DNA from: Candidatus Omnitrophota bacterium
GTDB lineage: Bacteria; Omnitrophota; Gorgyraeia; 1-14-0-20-64-10
Direction of reading: 5' to 3'
Length of the DNA: 64,000 nt
NCBI GenBank assembly: GCA_023818695.1
Contig: JAMWCF010000001.1
Coordinates: 147,306 to 211,305 of the forward strand
In this document: piece after piece, positions 17,503-26,718 of the stretch
Numbering within the stretch: position 1 is the first letter of the stretch
Layout: the number at the start of each line of letters is the position of its first letter
The notes under the pieces: generated by a model
The model's input: only the letters and a program-made list of their open reading frames with translations
What the model was told of the DNA's origin: nothing
The model's database searches: none
Program-made: the position numbers and the translations under genes

Positions 17503-18627
17503 ATGTCCGAAGCTTCTTTGATCATCGCGGCAAGCGAGCAGAACGCCGATCTGTTTTACGCCACTGGCTTCTGGGCTCCCGATCCCTTCATATTCCTCCA
17601 GATCGGCGATAAGAAGCTTCTTTTGATGAGCGACCTGGAGGTAGACAGGGCCAGGTCGGAGTCCAAGGTTGACGAGGTGCTCTCCATCTCGCGGCTGGCC
17701 GACGACGCCAGGAAGCGGGGAATAGCCAAACCGGGGCTCGTGGATATCCTGGAGATCGTTTTGAAAGAGCGCGAGGTCGACGCTCTGCGGGTCCCTTCGA
17801 CCTTCCCAGTGGGAATCGCCGACCGGATCCGAGCGAAAGGATTTTCTCTGCGGGTCAGCGAGGATCCTTTCTTCCCGGAGAGGATGTGCAAGAGGCCCGA
17901 GGAGGTTGCCGCCATCCGGGAAACGATCCGCTTGACTGAGGAGGCGCTGCAGGCCGCCATTCGCCTGATCGAGGAATCGGAGATCAAGGGGGAGGACCTC
18001 TGGCTGCGGGGACAGCCGCTGACATCGGAACTGGTTCGCAAGGTCCTGCATTTGACCCTGATGGGTTCCGACTGCCTGGCGCAGGAGACGATCGTCGCCG
18101 GCGGCGCGCAGGCCTGCGACCCGCACTGCATTGGGTTCGGCCCCTTGAAGGCGCACAAGCCGATCGTCCTGGATGTCTTCCCGGTCTCCACGAAAAGCCG
18201 ATACTACGCAGACATCACCCGGACGGTGGTTAAGGGCAAGCCCAGCGAAACGCTGAAAAAGATGTACCAAGCGGTTCGGCATGGCCAGGAGATCGCCTTC
18301 GGGATGGTCAAGAACGGTGTTCAGGCGCAGACGATCCACCAAGCGATTCTGGATTACTTCGAAAAAGAAGGTTTTACAACAGGGGAGAAGAACGGCCGAA
18401 TGACAGGATTCTTCCACGGGACCGGGCACGGCCTGGGGCTGGAGATCCATGAGCCGCCCCGGATCTCTTCGACGCCTGACATTCTGAAAACCGGCCAGGT
18501 GGTGACGGTGGAACCGGGTCTTTACTATCCGGAGGAGGGAGGGATCCGGATCGAGGACGATGTCTTCGTCACCGCCACCGGCTGCGAAGTTCTTTCCAGC
18601 TTCCCGAAGGTTTTCGAGCTTTTCTGA
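17503..18627 (+). CDS. M24-family Xaa-Pro aminopeptidase
   Basis: Metal-ligand motifs DITRT, HGTGHGLGLEIHE, VEPGLY and GIRIEDDV. Confidence 0.85.
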   Translation: MSEASLIIAASEQNADLFYATGFWAPDPFIFLQIGDKKLLLMSDLEVDRARSESKVDEVLSISRLADDARKRGIAKPGLVDILEIVLKEREVDALRVPSTFPVGIADRIRAKGFSLRVSEDPFFPERMCKRPEEVAAIRETIRLTEEALQAAIRLIEESEIKGEDLWLRGQPLTSELVRKVLHLTLMGSDCLAQETIVAGGAQACDPHCIGFGPLKAHKPIVLDVFPVSTKSRYYADITRTVVKGKPSETLKKMYQAVRHGQEIAFGMVKNGVQAQTIHQAILDYFEKEGFTTGEKNGRMTGFFHGTGHGLGLEIHEPPRISSTPDILKTGQVVTVEPGLYYPEEGGIRIEDDVFVTATGCEVLSSFPKVFELF

Positions 18628-19242
18628 TCAACCCCTCGCCTCCATCTGGGTGTTATGGCGTTTCTCGAACGCGGCGATCGCCGCCTCCTGCCGAAGGGTC
18701 AGCCCGATTTCGTCGAGTCCCCGGATCAGGTGGTCTTTGACCGACGGGTCAATGTCGAAATGGAAGGAGATCTCCTCCGGCAGGTGAAGGGTCACCCGCT
18801 GTTCTTCCAGGTTGACCGTGGCCTCCAGCCCTTTGTACCGACTGGTCATCTGGAAGATCTCCTCCACCTCCGGCTCCTGCAGCTCTACGGTGAGAAGACC
18901 GTTCTTGGTGGAGTTATTCCGAAAGATATCGGCGAAGCTGGGAGCGATCACCGCTTTGAAACCGTACTGGTGGACCGCCCAGACGGCGTGTTCCCGGGAA
19001 GAGCCGCAGCCGAAGTTATTTCGGGCCACCAGGATCGAGGCCCCATTGAACCTCGGTTCATTCAGCTCGAAAGCGGGATCCGGTGTGCCGTCCGGCCGAT
19101 AGCGCCAGTCATAGAACAGAGATTCACCGAAGCCGGTCCGCTTGATCGATTTCAGGAACTGTTTCGGGATGATCTGGTCGGTGTCGACGTTGGCTCTGTC
19201 CAGCGTGGCCACCAGTCCCCGGTGCGACCTAAACGCTTCCAC
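18628..19242 (-). CDS. leuD: 3-isopropylmalate dehydratase small subunit
   Basis: [18 protein letters not shown] and [11 protein letters not shown]. Start GTG 19242 lies 7 nt after GGGAG and overlaps leuC by 14 nt. Confidence 0.9.
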   Translation of the reverse strand: MEAFRSHRGLVATLDRANVDTDQIIPKQFLKSIKRTGFGESLFYDWRYRPDGTPDPAFELNEPRFNGASILVARNNFGCGSSREHAVWAVHQYGFKAVIAPSFADIFRNNSTKNGLLTVELQEPEVEEIFQMTSRYKGLEATVNLEEQRVTLHLPEEISFHFDIDPSVKDHLIRGLDEIGLTLRQEAAIAAFEKRHNTQMEARG

Positions 19243-20641
19243 TTTTCCACTCCCTGATGTCCACAAAGTGTCCTTCCACCGCCGCGGCGGCCGCCATTTC
19301 CGGGGAGACCAGATGAGTCCGGCCCCCCTTGCCCTGGCGCCCCTCGAAGTTCCTATTGGAGGTGGAAGCGGAACGCTCCTGTGGTTTGAGCTGGTCCGGG
19401 TTCATCCCCAGACACATGGAACAGCCGGCGAACCGCCATTCGCAGCCTGCCTCCTTGTAGATCTTGTCCAGCCCCTCGGCCTCTGCCTGCCGACGCACCT
19501 GCTCGGAACCCGGCACCACCAGCACCTTGACCCCTTTGGCCACCTTCCGTCCCTTGAAGATTCTCGCGGCGGCCCGCAGGTCTTCGATCCGGCCGTTGGT
19601 GCAGCTGCCGATGAAGACCATGTCTACCTTGATCTCGGTGATCGGCGTGCCGGGCTTCAAGCCCATGTAGGCGAGGGCCTGTTCCACATCCCTGCGGCTG
19701 TAGCCGGGGACCTTGTCCGGTTCTGGGATTCGGCCGGTGACATCCATCACCATCCCGGGGTTGGTTCCCCAGGTCACCTGCGGCGCGATCTCCGATGCGT
19801 TGATCTCCAGCGTCCGGTCGAATGCCGCGTCCGGGTCGGAGGGAAGGGTCTTCCAGTAGGCTATGGCCTTTTCCAGCGCCGCTCCTTTCGGGGCGAACGG
19901 CCGGTTTCCGGAGGCAATGTAGTTGAAAGTGGTCTCATCCGGCGCGATCATCCCGGCCCTGGCGCCGGCCTCGATTGACATGTTGCAGATCGTCATGCGC
20001 TGTTCCATGGAGAGCCGCCGCACCGCCTCCCCGGCGTACTCCAGCACATAGCCGGTCCCTCCGCCGGTGCCGACCAGCCCGATCAGCTTCAGAATCATAT
20101 CCTTGGGGGTGGATCCCGGTTTCAGCCGGCCGGTGTATTCCACCTTGAAGGTTTTCGGTCTCTTCTGGGGCAGGGTCTGCGTGGCCAGCACGTGCTCTAC
20201 CTCCGAGGTTCCGATTCCAAAAGCGAGGGTGCCAAACGCTCCGTGCGTTGAGGTGTGGGAGTCACCGCAGACGATGGTGCAGCCGGGCAGGGTGATTCCC
20301 AGCTCCGGTCCGATAATATGGACGATCCCCTGCCTGTCTGACTGCAGGCCGTAGAGGGTGATCCCGAACTGGCGGCAGTTGGTTTCCAGCGCATCGATCT
20401 GTGCCCTGGAGATCGGATCGGCAATTGTCAGCCGGTCGTCGGTCGGCACGTTGTGGTCCATCGTGGCGAAGGTCAGCTCCGGCCGCCGGACTGTCCGCTT
20501 GGTCAGGCGAAGCCCCTCGAACGCCTGCGGGGAGGTCACCTCATGGACCAGGTGCCGGTCGATGTAGAGCAGGGTAGTTCCGTCGGATTGGCCGGCCACG
20601 ACGTGCGAATCCCAGATCTTCTCGAAGAGGGTTTTTCCCAT
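19229..20641 (-). CDS. leuC: 3-isopropylmalate dehydratase large subunit
   Basis: Aconitase-family motifs [15 protein letters not shown] and GSCTNGR. Confidence 0.95.
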   Translation of the reverse strand: MGKTLFEKIWDSHVVAGQSDGTTLLYIDRHLVHEVTSPQAFEGLRLTKRTVRRPELTFATMDHNVPTDDRLTIADPISRAQIDALETNCRQFGITLYGLQSDRQGIVHIIGPELGITLPGCTIVCGDSHTSTHGAFGTLAFGIGTSEVEHVLATQTLPQKRPKTFKVEYTGRLKPGSTPKDMILKLIGLVGTGGGTGYVLEYAGEAVRRLSMEQRMTICNMSIEAGARAGMIAPDETTFNYIASGNRPFAPKGAALEKAIAYWKTLPSDPDAAFDRTLEINASEIAPQVTWGTNPGMVMDVTGRIPEPDKVPGYSRRDVEQALAYMGLKPGTPITEIKVDMVFIGSCTNGRIEDLRAAARIFKGRKVAKGVKVLVVPGSEQVRRQAEAEGLDKIYKEAGCEWRFAGCSMCLGMNPDQLKPQERSASTSNRNFEGRQGKGGRTHLVSPEMAAAAAVEGHFVDIREWKSGSV

Positions 20642-20673
20642 AGAGCGATTAGTATAGCACGCGATGGAAGGGG

Positions 20674-21183
20674 TTATGGCCGCTGTTGAGAGGCGGGGAT
20701 TCTCTCCATCCGGATAAAGCTGTAGGGAAATCTGTTTTTTTCGTCCGCGGGGTGATCGGACCGTTCGGCCTCACGCCAGAGGTTCCGATTCCATTGAAAG
20801 GTGGCGTCCCCCTGGAACTGTTCCCTGATGAGAGTCAGAAGGATTTCATCGGCGAGCGGCTCCGCCTGCTTGTAGATGCTCGCCCCGCCGATTACGAAGA
20901 CCCGGTTCTCCTGCTTCTCTTCGCAGATTCGCAAGGCCTCTTGTAATGACGGGGCGGTGAGGGCCCCGCAACAGGGGTAATCCTTTCGGGAGGTGACGAC
21001 GATGTTGGTTCGGCCGGGCAGGGGTTTGCCGATCGACTCGAAGGTTTTGCGTCCCATGATGACCGGATGCCCCAGCGTCAGCTGTTTGAACCGCTTGAGA
21101 TCCGCCGGCAGGTGCCAGGGGAGCTTGTTGTTTGCGCCGATCACCCCGTTCTGGGAGACGGCGACGATGATGGAGACGGTCAT
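20674..21183 (-). CDS. folA: dihydrofolate reductase
   Basis: [23 protein letters not shown] and [11 protein letters not shown]. The start overlaps the thyA stop (TGATG). Confidence 0.9.
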   Translation of the reverse strand: MTVSIIVAVSQNGVIGANNKLPWHLPADLKRFKQLTLGHPVIMGRKTFESIGKPLPGRTNIVVTSRKDYPCCGALTAPSLQEALRICEEKQENRVFVIGGASIYKQAEPLADEILLTLIREQFQGDATFQWNRNLWREAERSDHPADEKNRFPYSFIRMERIPASQQRP

Positions 21184-21977
21184 CAGACGGCGATCGGGGC
21201 TTTGATCGAGGGGTGGGACTGGTAATTCTCCAGCGTGAAATCCTCATATGTGAAGTTGAAGATCGAATGAATGGCTGGGTTGAGCTTCATGACCGGCAGG
21301 GGGAACGGCTCCCGGGTCATCTGGAGTTTGGCCTGCTCCACGTGATTCAGGTAAAGATGGGCGTCGCCCAGGGTGTGGATGAATTCTCCCGGCTGCAGGC
21401 GGCAGACCTGCGCCGTCATCATCGTCAGAAGAGCGTACGAAGCGATGTTGAACGGAACTCCCAGGAAAACGTCCGCGGAACGCTGGTAAAGCTGGCAGGA
21501 GAGACGGCCGTCTGACACATAGAACTGAAAGAGGCAATGGCAGGGAGGAAGTTTCATCTTGTCGATGTCGGCCGGGTTCCAGGCCGAGACGATCAGTCGC
21601 CGGGAGTCCGGGTTATTTTTGATTCCCTCAATCACCTGGCTGATCTGATCGATGCAGCCCCCTTCCGGGGTGAGCCATCTGCGCCACTGGTATCCATAGA
21701 CAGGGCCCAGCTCCCCTTTTTCGTCCGCCCACTCGTCCCAGATCGTGACCCCGTTTTCCTTCAGCCACCTAATGTTGGTATCGCCCCGCAGGAACCAGAG
21801 GAGTTCGTAGATCACCGATTTGATGTGGATCTTCTTCGTGGTCACCAGAGGGAACCCGGCGGCCAGGTCAAAGCGCATCTGGTAGCCGAAGATGCTCAAC
21901 GTGCCGGTGCCGGTCCGGTCTTCTTTCTTGGCGCCGTTGTCAAGGATGTGGCGCAGGAGGTCAAGATAGGCCTTCAT
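21183..21977 (-). CDS. thyA: thymidylate synthase
   Basis: [12 protein letters not shown] and the active site [12 protein letters not shown]. 264 aa. Confidence 0.95.
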   Translation of the reverse strand: MKAYLDLLRHILDNGAKKEDRTGTGTLSIFGYQMRFDLAAGFPLVTTKKIHIKSVIYELLWFLRGDTNIRWLKENGVTIWDEWADEKGELGPVYGYQWRRWLTPEGGCIDQISQVIEGIKNNPDSRRLIVSAWNPADIDKMKLPPCHCLFQFYVSDGRLSCQLYQRSADVFLGVPFNIASYALLTMMTAQVCRLQPGEFIHTLGDAHLYLNHVEQAKLQMTREPFPLPVMKLNPAIHSIFNFTYEDFTLENYQSHPSIKAPIAV

Positions 21978-21999
21978 CGCTTCCTTTTAAGCATCTCTT

Positions 22000-22005
22000 A
22001 TTATA
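22000..22005 (-). promoter_or_regulatory. perfect TATAAT -10 box for thyA-folA (minus strand)
   Basis: The plus strand reads ATTATA. On the minus strand, TATAAT lies 22 nt upstream of the thyA ATG, with AAGGAAG as the Shine-Dalgarno sequence. Confidence 0.4.
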
Positions 22006-22008
22006 CTC

Positions 22009-22038
22009 TTGGCGGCGGTTTGGGAGCTGTAATATAAT
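22009..22038 (+). promoter_or_regulatory. candidate nuoA promoter (TTGGCG-18-TATAAT)
   Basis: A perfect TATAAT sits at 22033-22038, only 13 nt upstream of the nuoA ATG, in a GC-rich genome. Confidence 0.4.
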
Positions 22039-22051
22039 AGCCGTTCTACTC

Positions 22052-22405
22052 ATGAGCGAATATTCTGGGATTCTTCTCACATTTCTTTTCGCCGGGGCGA
22101 TTGCTGGTACTTTCATCTTCCTGGCCACGGTGCTGGGGCCGAAGAGGCCGTCCCCCGCCAAGTCGGAGCCGTTCGAGTGCGGGATGAGGCCGTTTCAGCT
22201 GCCGGCGGGCAGGCTGACCATCCGGTATTACCTTGTGGCGATGCTCTTCATCCTGTTCGACGTGGAGCTGGTTTTCCTTTTCCCCTGGGCGGTGGTCTTC
22301 CGGGGGCTTGGGTTTTACGGCTTTGTCACGATGGCGATTTTTCTGGGGATTTTGCTCGTCGGGTTCGTTTACGCCTGGAAGAAGGGGGCGCTGGAGTGGC
22401 AGTAA
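22052..22405 (+). CDS. nuoA: NADH-quinone oxidoreductase subunit A
   Basis: 117-aa, 3-TM protein with KSEPFECG and FILFDVELVFLFPWA. Confidence 0.9.
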   Translation: MSEYSGILLTFLFAGAIAGTFIFLATVLGPKRPSPAKSEPFECGMRPFQLPAGRLTIRYYLVAMLFILFDVELVFLFPWAVVFRGLGFYGFVTMAIFLGILLVGFVYAWKKGALEWQ

Positions 22406-22425
22406 AAGGGAGGGGGTAACGGACC

Positions 22426-22935
22426 ATGTTCGGCGGAGAGAATTTCGTCACCTCAAAACTGAACGCGGCGATCGGCTGGGCTCGGAAATACTCGATCTTC
22501 CAGTACCCGTTCGTGACCGCCTGCTGCGGCATGGAGTATATGGCCACCGCCTGTTCCCATTACGACGTGGACCGGTTTGGGGCGGGCCTGCCGCGCTTTT
22601 CCCCCAGGCAGGCGGACGTCCTCTTCGTGGTGGGGACGATCAGCCACAAGATGGCGCCGGTCTTAAAGACGATCTACGACCAGATGACCGAGCCGAAATG
22701 GGTGGTCGCCTTCGGCGTTTGCACCTGCACCGGCGGTTTCTACGACAATTACGCCACCGTCATGGGGATCGACACGATCATTCCGGTGGATATCTACATC
22801 CCCGGTTGCCCGCCCAGGCCCGAGTACGTGCTGGACGGACTGATGAAACTGCAGGAGAAGATCCAGTTGCAGCACTCCGGGAAACCGTACCCCAAAGCGC
22901 AGATGTATCATGCTGGACAATCCTTCTCTGTTTGA
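22426..22935 (+). CDS. nuoB: NADH-quinone oxidoreductase subunit B
   Basis: Cluster N2 ligand motifs CCGMEY, GVCTCTGG and IPGCPPRP. Confidence 0.95.
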   Translation: MFGGENFVTSKLNAAIGWARKYSIFQYPFVTACCGMEYMATACSHYDVDRFGAGLPRFSPRQADVLFVVGTISHKMAPVLKTIYDQMTEPKWVVAFGVCTCTGGFYDNYATVMGIDTIIPVDIYIPGCPPRPEYVLDGLMKLQEKIQLQHSGKPYPKAQMYHAGQSFSV

Positions 22936-23497
22936 TCTTCTCCATCAGCGGTTTCCCGCCGCGATCCTGTCGACCCACGCCCACCGGGGCGACGCCACGG
23001 TGACGATCCGTTCGGAATATCTGCTGGATGTGGCACGGTTCTTGAGGGATGAACCGGGCTTCCGTATGAACTTCCTCATGGATCTGACGGCGGTCGATTA
23101 CCTGACCTTCGGCCAGAAGCCGCCGGGCAGGGCGGCCCACTTCAATGCCGGGGTGGCCGTCAGGCCGCCGGCCTTCATCCAGGATCAGATTCCTTGGCCG
23201 GGACCGGCCACCGGCGCCAGGTTTGAGGTGGTCTATCATTTCTATTCCCTCGAGACCGGCCACCGCCTTCGGTTGAAAGTGCCGGTAGAGGAGGATTCCC
23301 CGCAGGTCGACTCGCTGACTCCCGTGTGGGCCTCCGCCGACTGGTTTGAGCGGGAGGTGTGGGACATGTTCGGGATTCGCTTCAAGGGACACCCGAACCT
23401 GAAGAGGATCCTGATGTATGAGGAGTTTCAGGGGCATCCCTTGCGCAAGGATTACCCGGTCAATAGGCGTCAGCCGCTGATTGGTCCGATCAACTGA
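22910..23497 (+). CDS. nuoC: NADH-quinone oxidoreductase subunit C
   Basis: WFEREVWDMFGIRFKGHPNLKRIL. Overlaps nuoB by 26 nt. Confidence 0.9.
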   Translation: MLDNPSLFDLLHQRFPAAILSTHAHRGDATVTIRSEYLLDVARFLRDEPGFRMNFLMDLTAVDYLTFGQKPPGRAAHFNAGVAVRPPAFIQDQIPWPGPATGARFEVVYHFYSLETGHRLRLKVPVEEDSPQVDSLTPVWASADWFEREVWDMFGIRFKGHPNLKRILMYEEFQGHPLRKDYPVNRRQPLIGPIN

Positions 23498-23498
23498 C

Positions 23499-24884
23499 AT
23501 GGACACGACGACGCTCACAGAATCGATAGAAAACCAGATGATTCGTAAGGAGATGCTCCTGAACGTGGGACCGGCTCACCCGGCCATGCACGGGATCATC
23601 CGGATTGTGGTCGGTTTGGAGGGGGAGGTGGTGAAGTCGACCGAGGTGGAGATCGGCTACCTACACCGGGGTTTCGAGAAGATGTCGGAGACGGTCGCCT
23701 ACAACGGCGTTTTCCCGTACACCGACCGGTTGAATTACGTCTCGCCCCTGATCAACAACATGGGATTCGCCATGGCGGTGGAGAAGCTGATCGGGCTCCA
23801 GGTGCCGGACAGGTGCCACTACATCCGGGTGATCATGTCGGAGATTTCCCGGGTGTCGGATCACCTGACCTGCATCGGCGCCAGCGCCATGGAGCTGGGG
23901 GCCTTCACCGTCTTCCTCTATATGATCAAGGCGAGGGAGTTTTTGTGGGAGCTGGTGGAGATGGTGACCGGCGCCCGTTTGACCGTCTCCTACTGCCGGG
24001 TTGGCGGGGTGAAGGCCGACCTGCCGGCCGGTTTCGAGGAGATGACCAGAAGGAGGATCGCCGAAGTCCGGAAGGTGATCGCCGAGTGCGACAAGCTCTT
24101 GACCCGCAACCGGATCTTTGTCGACCGGATGAAGGGGACAGGGAACATCTCGCAGGCGGAGGCCGTCTCATACGGGATTACGGGCCCATTCCTGCGGGCC
24201 ACGGGGGTCAACTATGACGTTCGGAAAAATTGTCCCTACGCGGTCTATGACCGGCTGGATTTCGATGTGCCGCTTGGCACCGAGGGAGACAACCTGGACC
24301 GGTATTACTGCCGGATGGAGGAGATGGAACAGTCCCTGCGGATCGTGGAGCAATGCTTGCGGGATATCCCCGGCGGCGCGGTGGCGGTCGATCCCGAGAC
24401 CGGCCGGCCCATGCAGACGGAGGATCTCCATCGGATGGCTGCCTCTGAGATGGTGGATGAGGCGAAGATGGGGAAGATCTATAAGGTGAGTGGGAAAGAG
24501 GCGGTTGTGGATCCCACGCTGGAAGGGACCGACAAGAAGGTCTGGAAAAGGATTTCGGCTGGAGAGAAGAGAGTTTCCCTTCCGCCGAAAGAGGACACCT
24601 ACGGCAATATCGAAGGGCTGATGAACCACTTTAAACTGGTGATGTTCGGCCACGGGATTCGGCCGCCCCGGGGGGAGGTCTACTTCCCGGTGGAGGGGGC
24701 CAACGGGGAGCTCGGGTTTTACGTGGTCAGTGACGGCTCGGAAAACGCTTATCGGGTTCGGGTGCGGCCTCCCTGCTTCACGATTCTCGCAGCTTTGCCA
24801 TTGCTGCTCAACGGGGATCAGGTGGCGGATATCATTCCCACCTTCGGCTCGGTCAACATGATCGGTGGAGAGCTCGACCGATGA
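23499..24884 (+). CDS. nuoD: NADH-quinone oxidoreductase subunit D (with internal insertion)
   Basis: NVGPAHPAMHGIIR and C-terminus GSVNMIGGELDR. ATG 23499 lies 1 nt after the nuoC stop. 461 aa, against roughly 400-410 in the canonical proteins as I recall them. Confidence 0.95.
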   Translation: MDTTTLTESIENQMIRKEMLLNVGPAHPAMHGIIRIVVGLEGEVVKSTEVEIGYLHRGFEKMSETVAYNGVFPYTDRLNYVSPLINNMGFAMAVEKLIGLQVPDRCHYIRVIMSEISRVSDHLTCIGASAMELGAFTVFLYMIKAREFLWELVEMVTGARLTVSYCRVGGVKADLPAGFEEMTRRRIAEVRKVIAECDKLLTRNRIFVDRMKGTGNISQAEAVSYGITGPFLRATGVNYDVRKNCPYAVYDRLDFDVPLGTEGDNLDRYYCRMEEMEQSLRIVEQCLRDIPGGAVAVDPETGRPMQTEDLHRMAASEMVDEAKMGKIYKVSGKEAVVDPTLEGTDKKVWKRISAGEKRVSLPPKEDTYGNIEGLMNHFKLVMFGHGIRPPRGEVYFPVEGANGELGFYVVSDGSENAYRVRVRPPCFTILAALPLLLNGDQVADIIPTFGSVNMIGGELDR

Positions 24885-26713
24885 CCAGGCAGCCGGTCTT
24901 CGACTTCAAGAAACTGGAGGAGCAGGCGAAAGAGATTCTTTCCAGGTATGAGGAGAAAAGGGCCGCGACACTGCCGCTGTTGTGGCTGGCGCAGGAGCAG
25001 ATCGGCCATCTTACCCCTGAAGCGGAGCAATGGGTCGCCGACAAAGTGGGCAAAAGCATCGCCCAGGTCCGGGAGGTGGTCTCCTTCTACACCCTCTATC
25101 ACACCAAGCCGGTCGGAAAGTATCACGTCCAGGTCTGCGTCTCCCTGCCGTGCCTTTTGAAGGGGTCCGACAGGGTAATCGCCCAGATGAAGGAGCGCTA
25201 CGGGATCTCCCCGGGGCAGACCAGCCGGGACGGCCAGGTGACCCTCTCCACGGTGGAATGCCTCTGCGCCTGCGAATCGGCCCCGTGCGCGCAGATCAAC
25301 AGGCAGTACGTCGGCTGTCTGACCGACAAGAACATCTTTGAGATGGTGATTCAGCAGACCAGCACGGGCCGGGGCGGGAACCTGAACCTTCCTGAACCTC
25401 CTCTGCACATCGCTGCCGACGGGCCGGTTCTGTCCCTGCGGTTCAAGAACAGCCAGGGAACCTGGTTCGACTCCTACGCCGCCGACGGAGGATACCAGGC
25501 GGCGAAGAAGGTTCTGACCTCGATGAAGCCACAGGAGGTGATCGACCTCGTCTTGAAATCGAACCTGCGGGGACTCGGCGGGGCCGGTTTCCCCACCGGC
25601 CGGAAATGGTCCTTCATTCCGAAAGATTCACCAAAGCCGAAATTCCTTGTGGTCAACGCTGATGAGGGGGAACCTGGCACCTTCAAGGACAGGTACATTC
25701 TGGAGAGAGATCCGCACGCCCTCATCGAGGGGATGATCATCGCTGCCTACGCCATCGGTTCCCACAAATCGTACGTTTACATCCGGGGGGAGTACGACAG
25801 GCCGATCGAACGGTTCAGCAAGGCGGTGGAGGAGGCGTACGCCAAGAAATGGCTCGGGAAGAATATCCAGGGCAGCGGGTTCGATCTGGATGTGGTGGTC
25901 CACCGGGGGGCCGGCGCCTACATCTGCGGTGAGGAGACAGCTCTGCTCTCTTCGCTCGAGGGAGGCAAGGGTTTCCCGAAGCTCAAGCCCCCGTTCCCGG
26001 CGATCGAGGGACTCTTCAAGTGCCCGACGATCGTCAACAACGTCGAGACCCTTTCCTGCGTGCCGCCGATCATCAAGAACGGGCCGGAATGGTTCGCGAA
26101 GCTCGGCAGCGCCAAGCAGGGAGGAACCCGTCTTTACTCCGTCTCCGGTCATGTGAACCGGCCCGGGCTTTACGAGGCCTCGGCCGCCGTCTCCCTGAAG
26201 GAGCTGATCGAGGGGCAGCAGTTTGCGCAGGGGGTCCGTGCAGGGAAGAAGCTGAAGGCGGTGATCCCCGGCGGGATCTCCGCCAAGATCCTGAAGGCGG
26301 AGGAGATCAATGTGGCGATGGATTTCGATTCCCTGATGGCAGCCGGCACGATGGCCGGCTCGGCCGGGGTGATCGTGATGGACGAGACCACCTGCATCGT
26401 GGAAGCCCTGCGCAGCGCTTCCCACTTCTTCGCGGATGAATCGTGCGGCCAGTGTTCCCCCTGTCGGGAGGGGACCGGTTGGATCCTGAAGATCATGAAC
26501 CGGGTCCGGGAGAACCAGGGCAGGAAGGTCGACCTGGATAACCTCCTCTCCATCGCCGGGAATATGGAAGGCAAAACGATCTGCGTCTTTGCGGACGCCG
26601 CCGCATGGCCGGTGCAGAGCTACATCAGCAAGTTCCGTGAGGAGTTCGAGTATCACATCCGGGAAGGCAGATGCGATCTGGCGTCGCACGGTTTGGTCGG
26701 GAGCAACAGGTAG
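24881..26713 (+). CDS. fused NADH-quinone oxidoreductase subunits E and F
   Basis: aa 1-160 resemble NuoE (CVSLPC...CLCACESAPC 2Fe-2S motifs). aa ~200-610 resemble NuoF (GLGGAGFPTGRKWSF, GAGAYICGEETALLSSLEG, ESCGQCSPCREG). It is one uninterrupted 610-codon frame. Confidence 0.9.
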   Translation: MTRQPVFDFKKLEEQAKEILSRYEEKRAATLPLLWLAQEQIGHLTPEAEQWVADKVGKSIAQVREVVSFYTLYHTKPVGKYHVQVCVSLPCLLKGSDRVIAQMKERYGISPGQTSRDGQVTLSTVECLCACESAPCAQINRQYVGCLTDKNIFEMVIQQTSTGRGGNLNLPEPPLHIAADGPVLSLRFKNSQGTWFDSYAADGGYQAAKKVLTSMKPQEVIDLVLKSNLRGLGGAGFPTGRKWSFIPKDSPKPKFLVVNADEGEPGTFKDRYILERDPHALIEGMIIAAYAIGSHKSYVYIRGEYDRPIERFSKAVEEAYAKKWLGKNIQGSGFDLDVVVHRGAGAYICGEETALLSSLEGGKGFPKLKPPFPAIEGLFKCPTIVNNVETLSCVPPIIKNGPEWFAKLGSAKQGGTRLYSVSGHVNRPGLYEASAAVSLKELIEGQQFAQGVRAGKKLKAVIPGGISAKILKAEEINVAMDFDSLMAAGTMAGSAGVIVMDETTCIVEALRSASHFFADESCGQCSPCREGTGWILKIMNRVRENQGRKVDLDNLLSIAGNMEGKTICVFADAAAWPVQSYISKFREEFEYHIREGRCDLASHGLVGSNR

Positions 26714-26718
26714 TAGCC

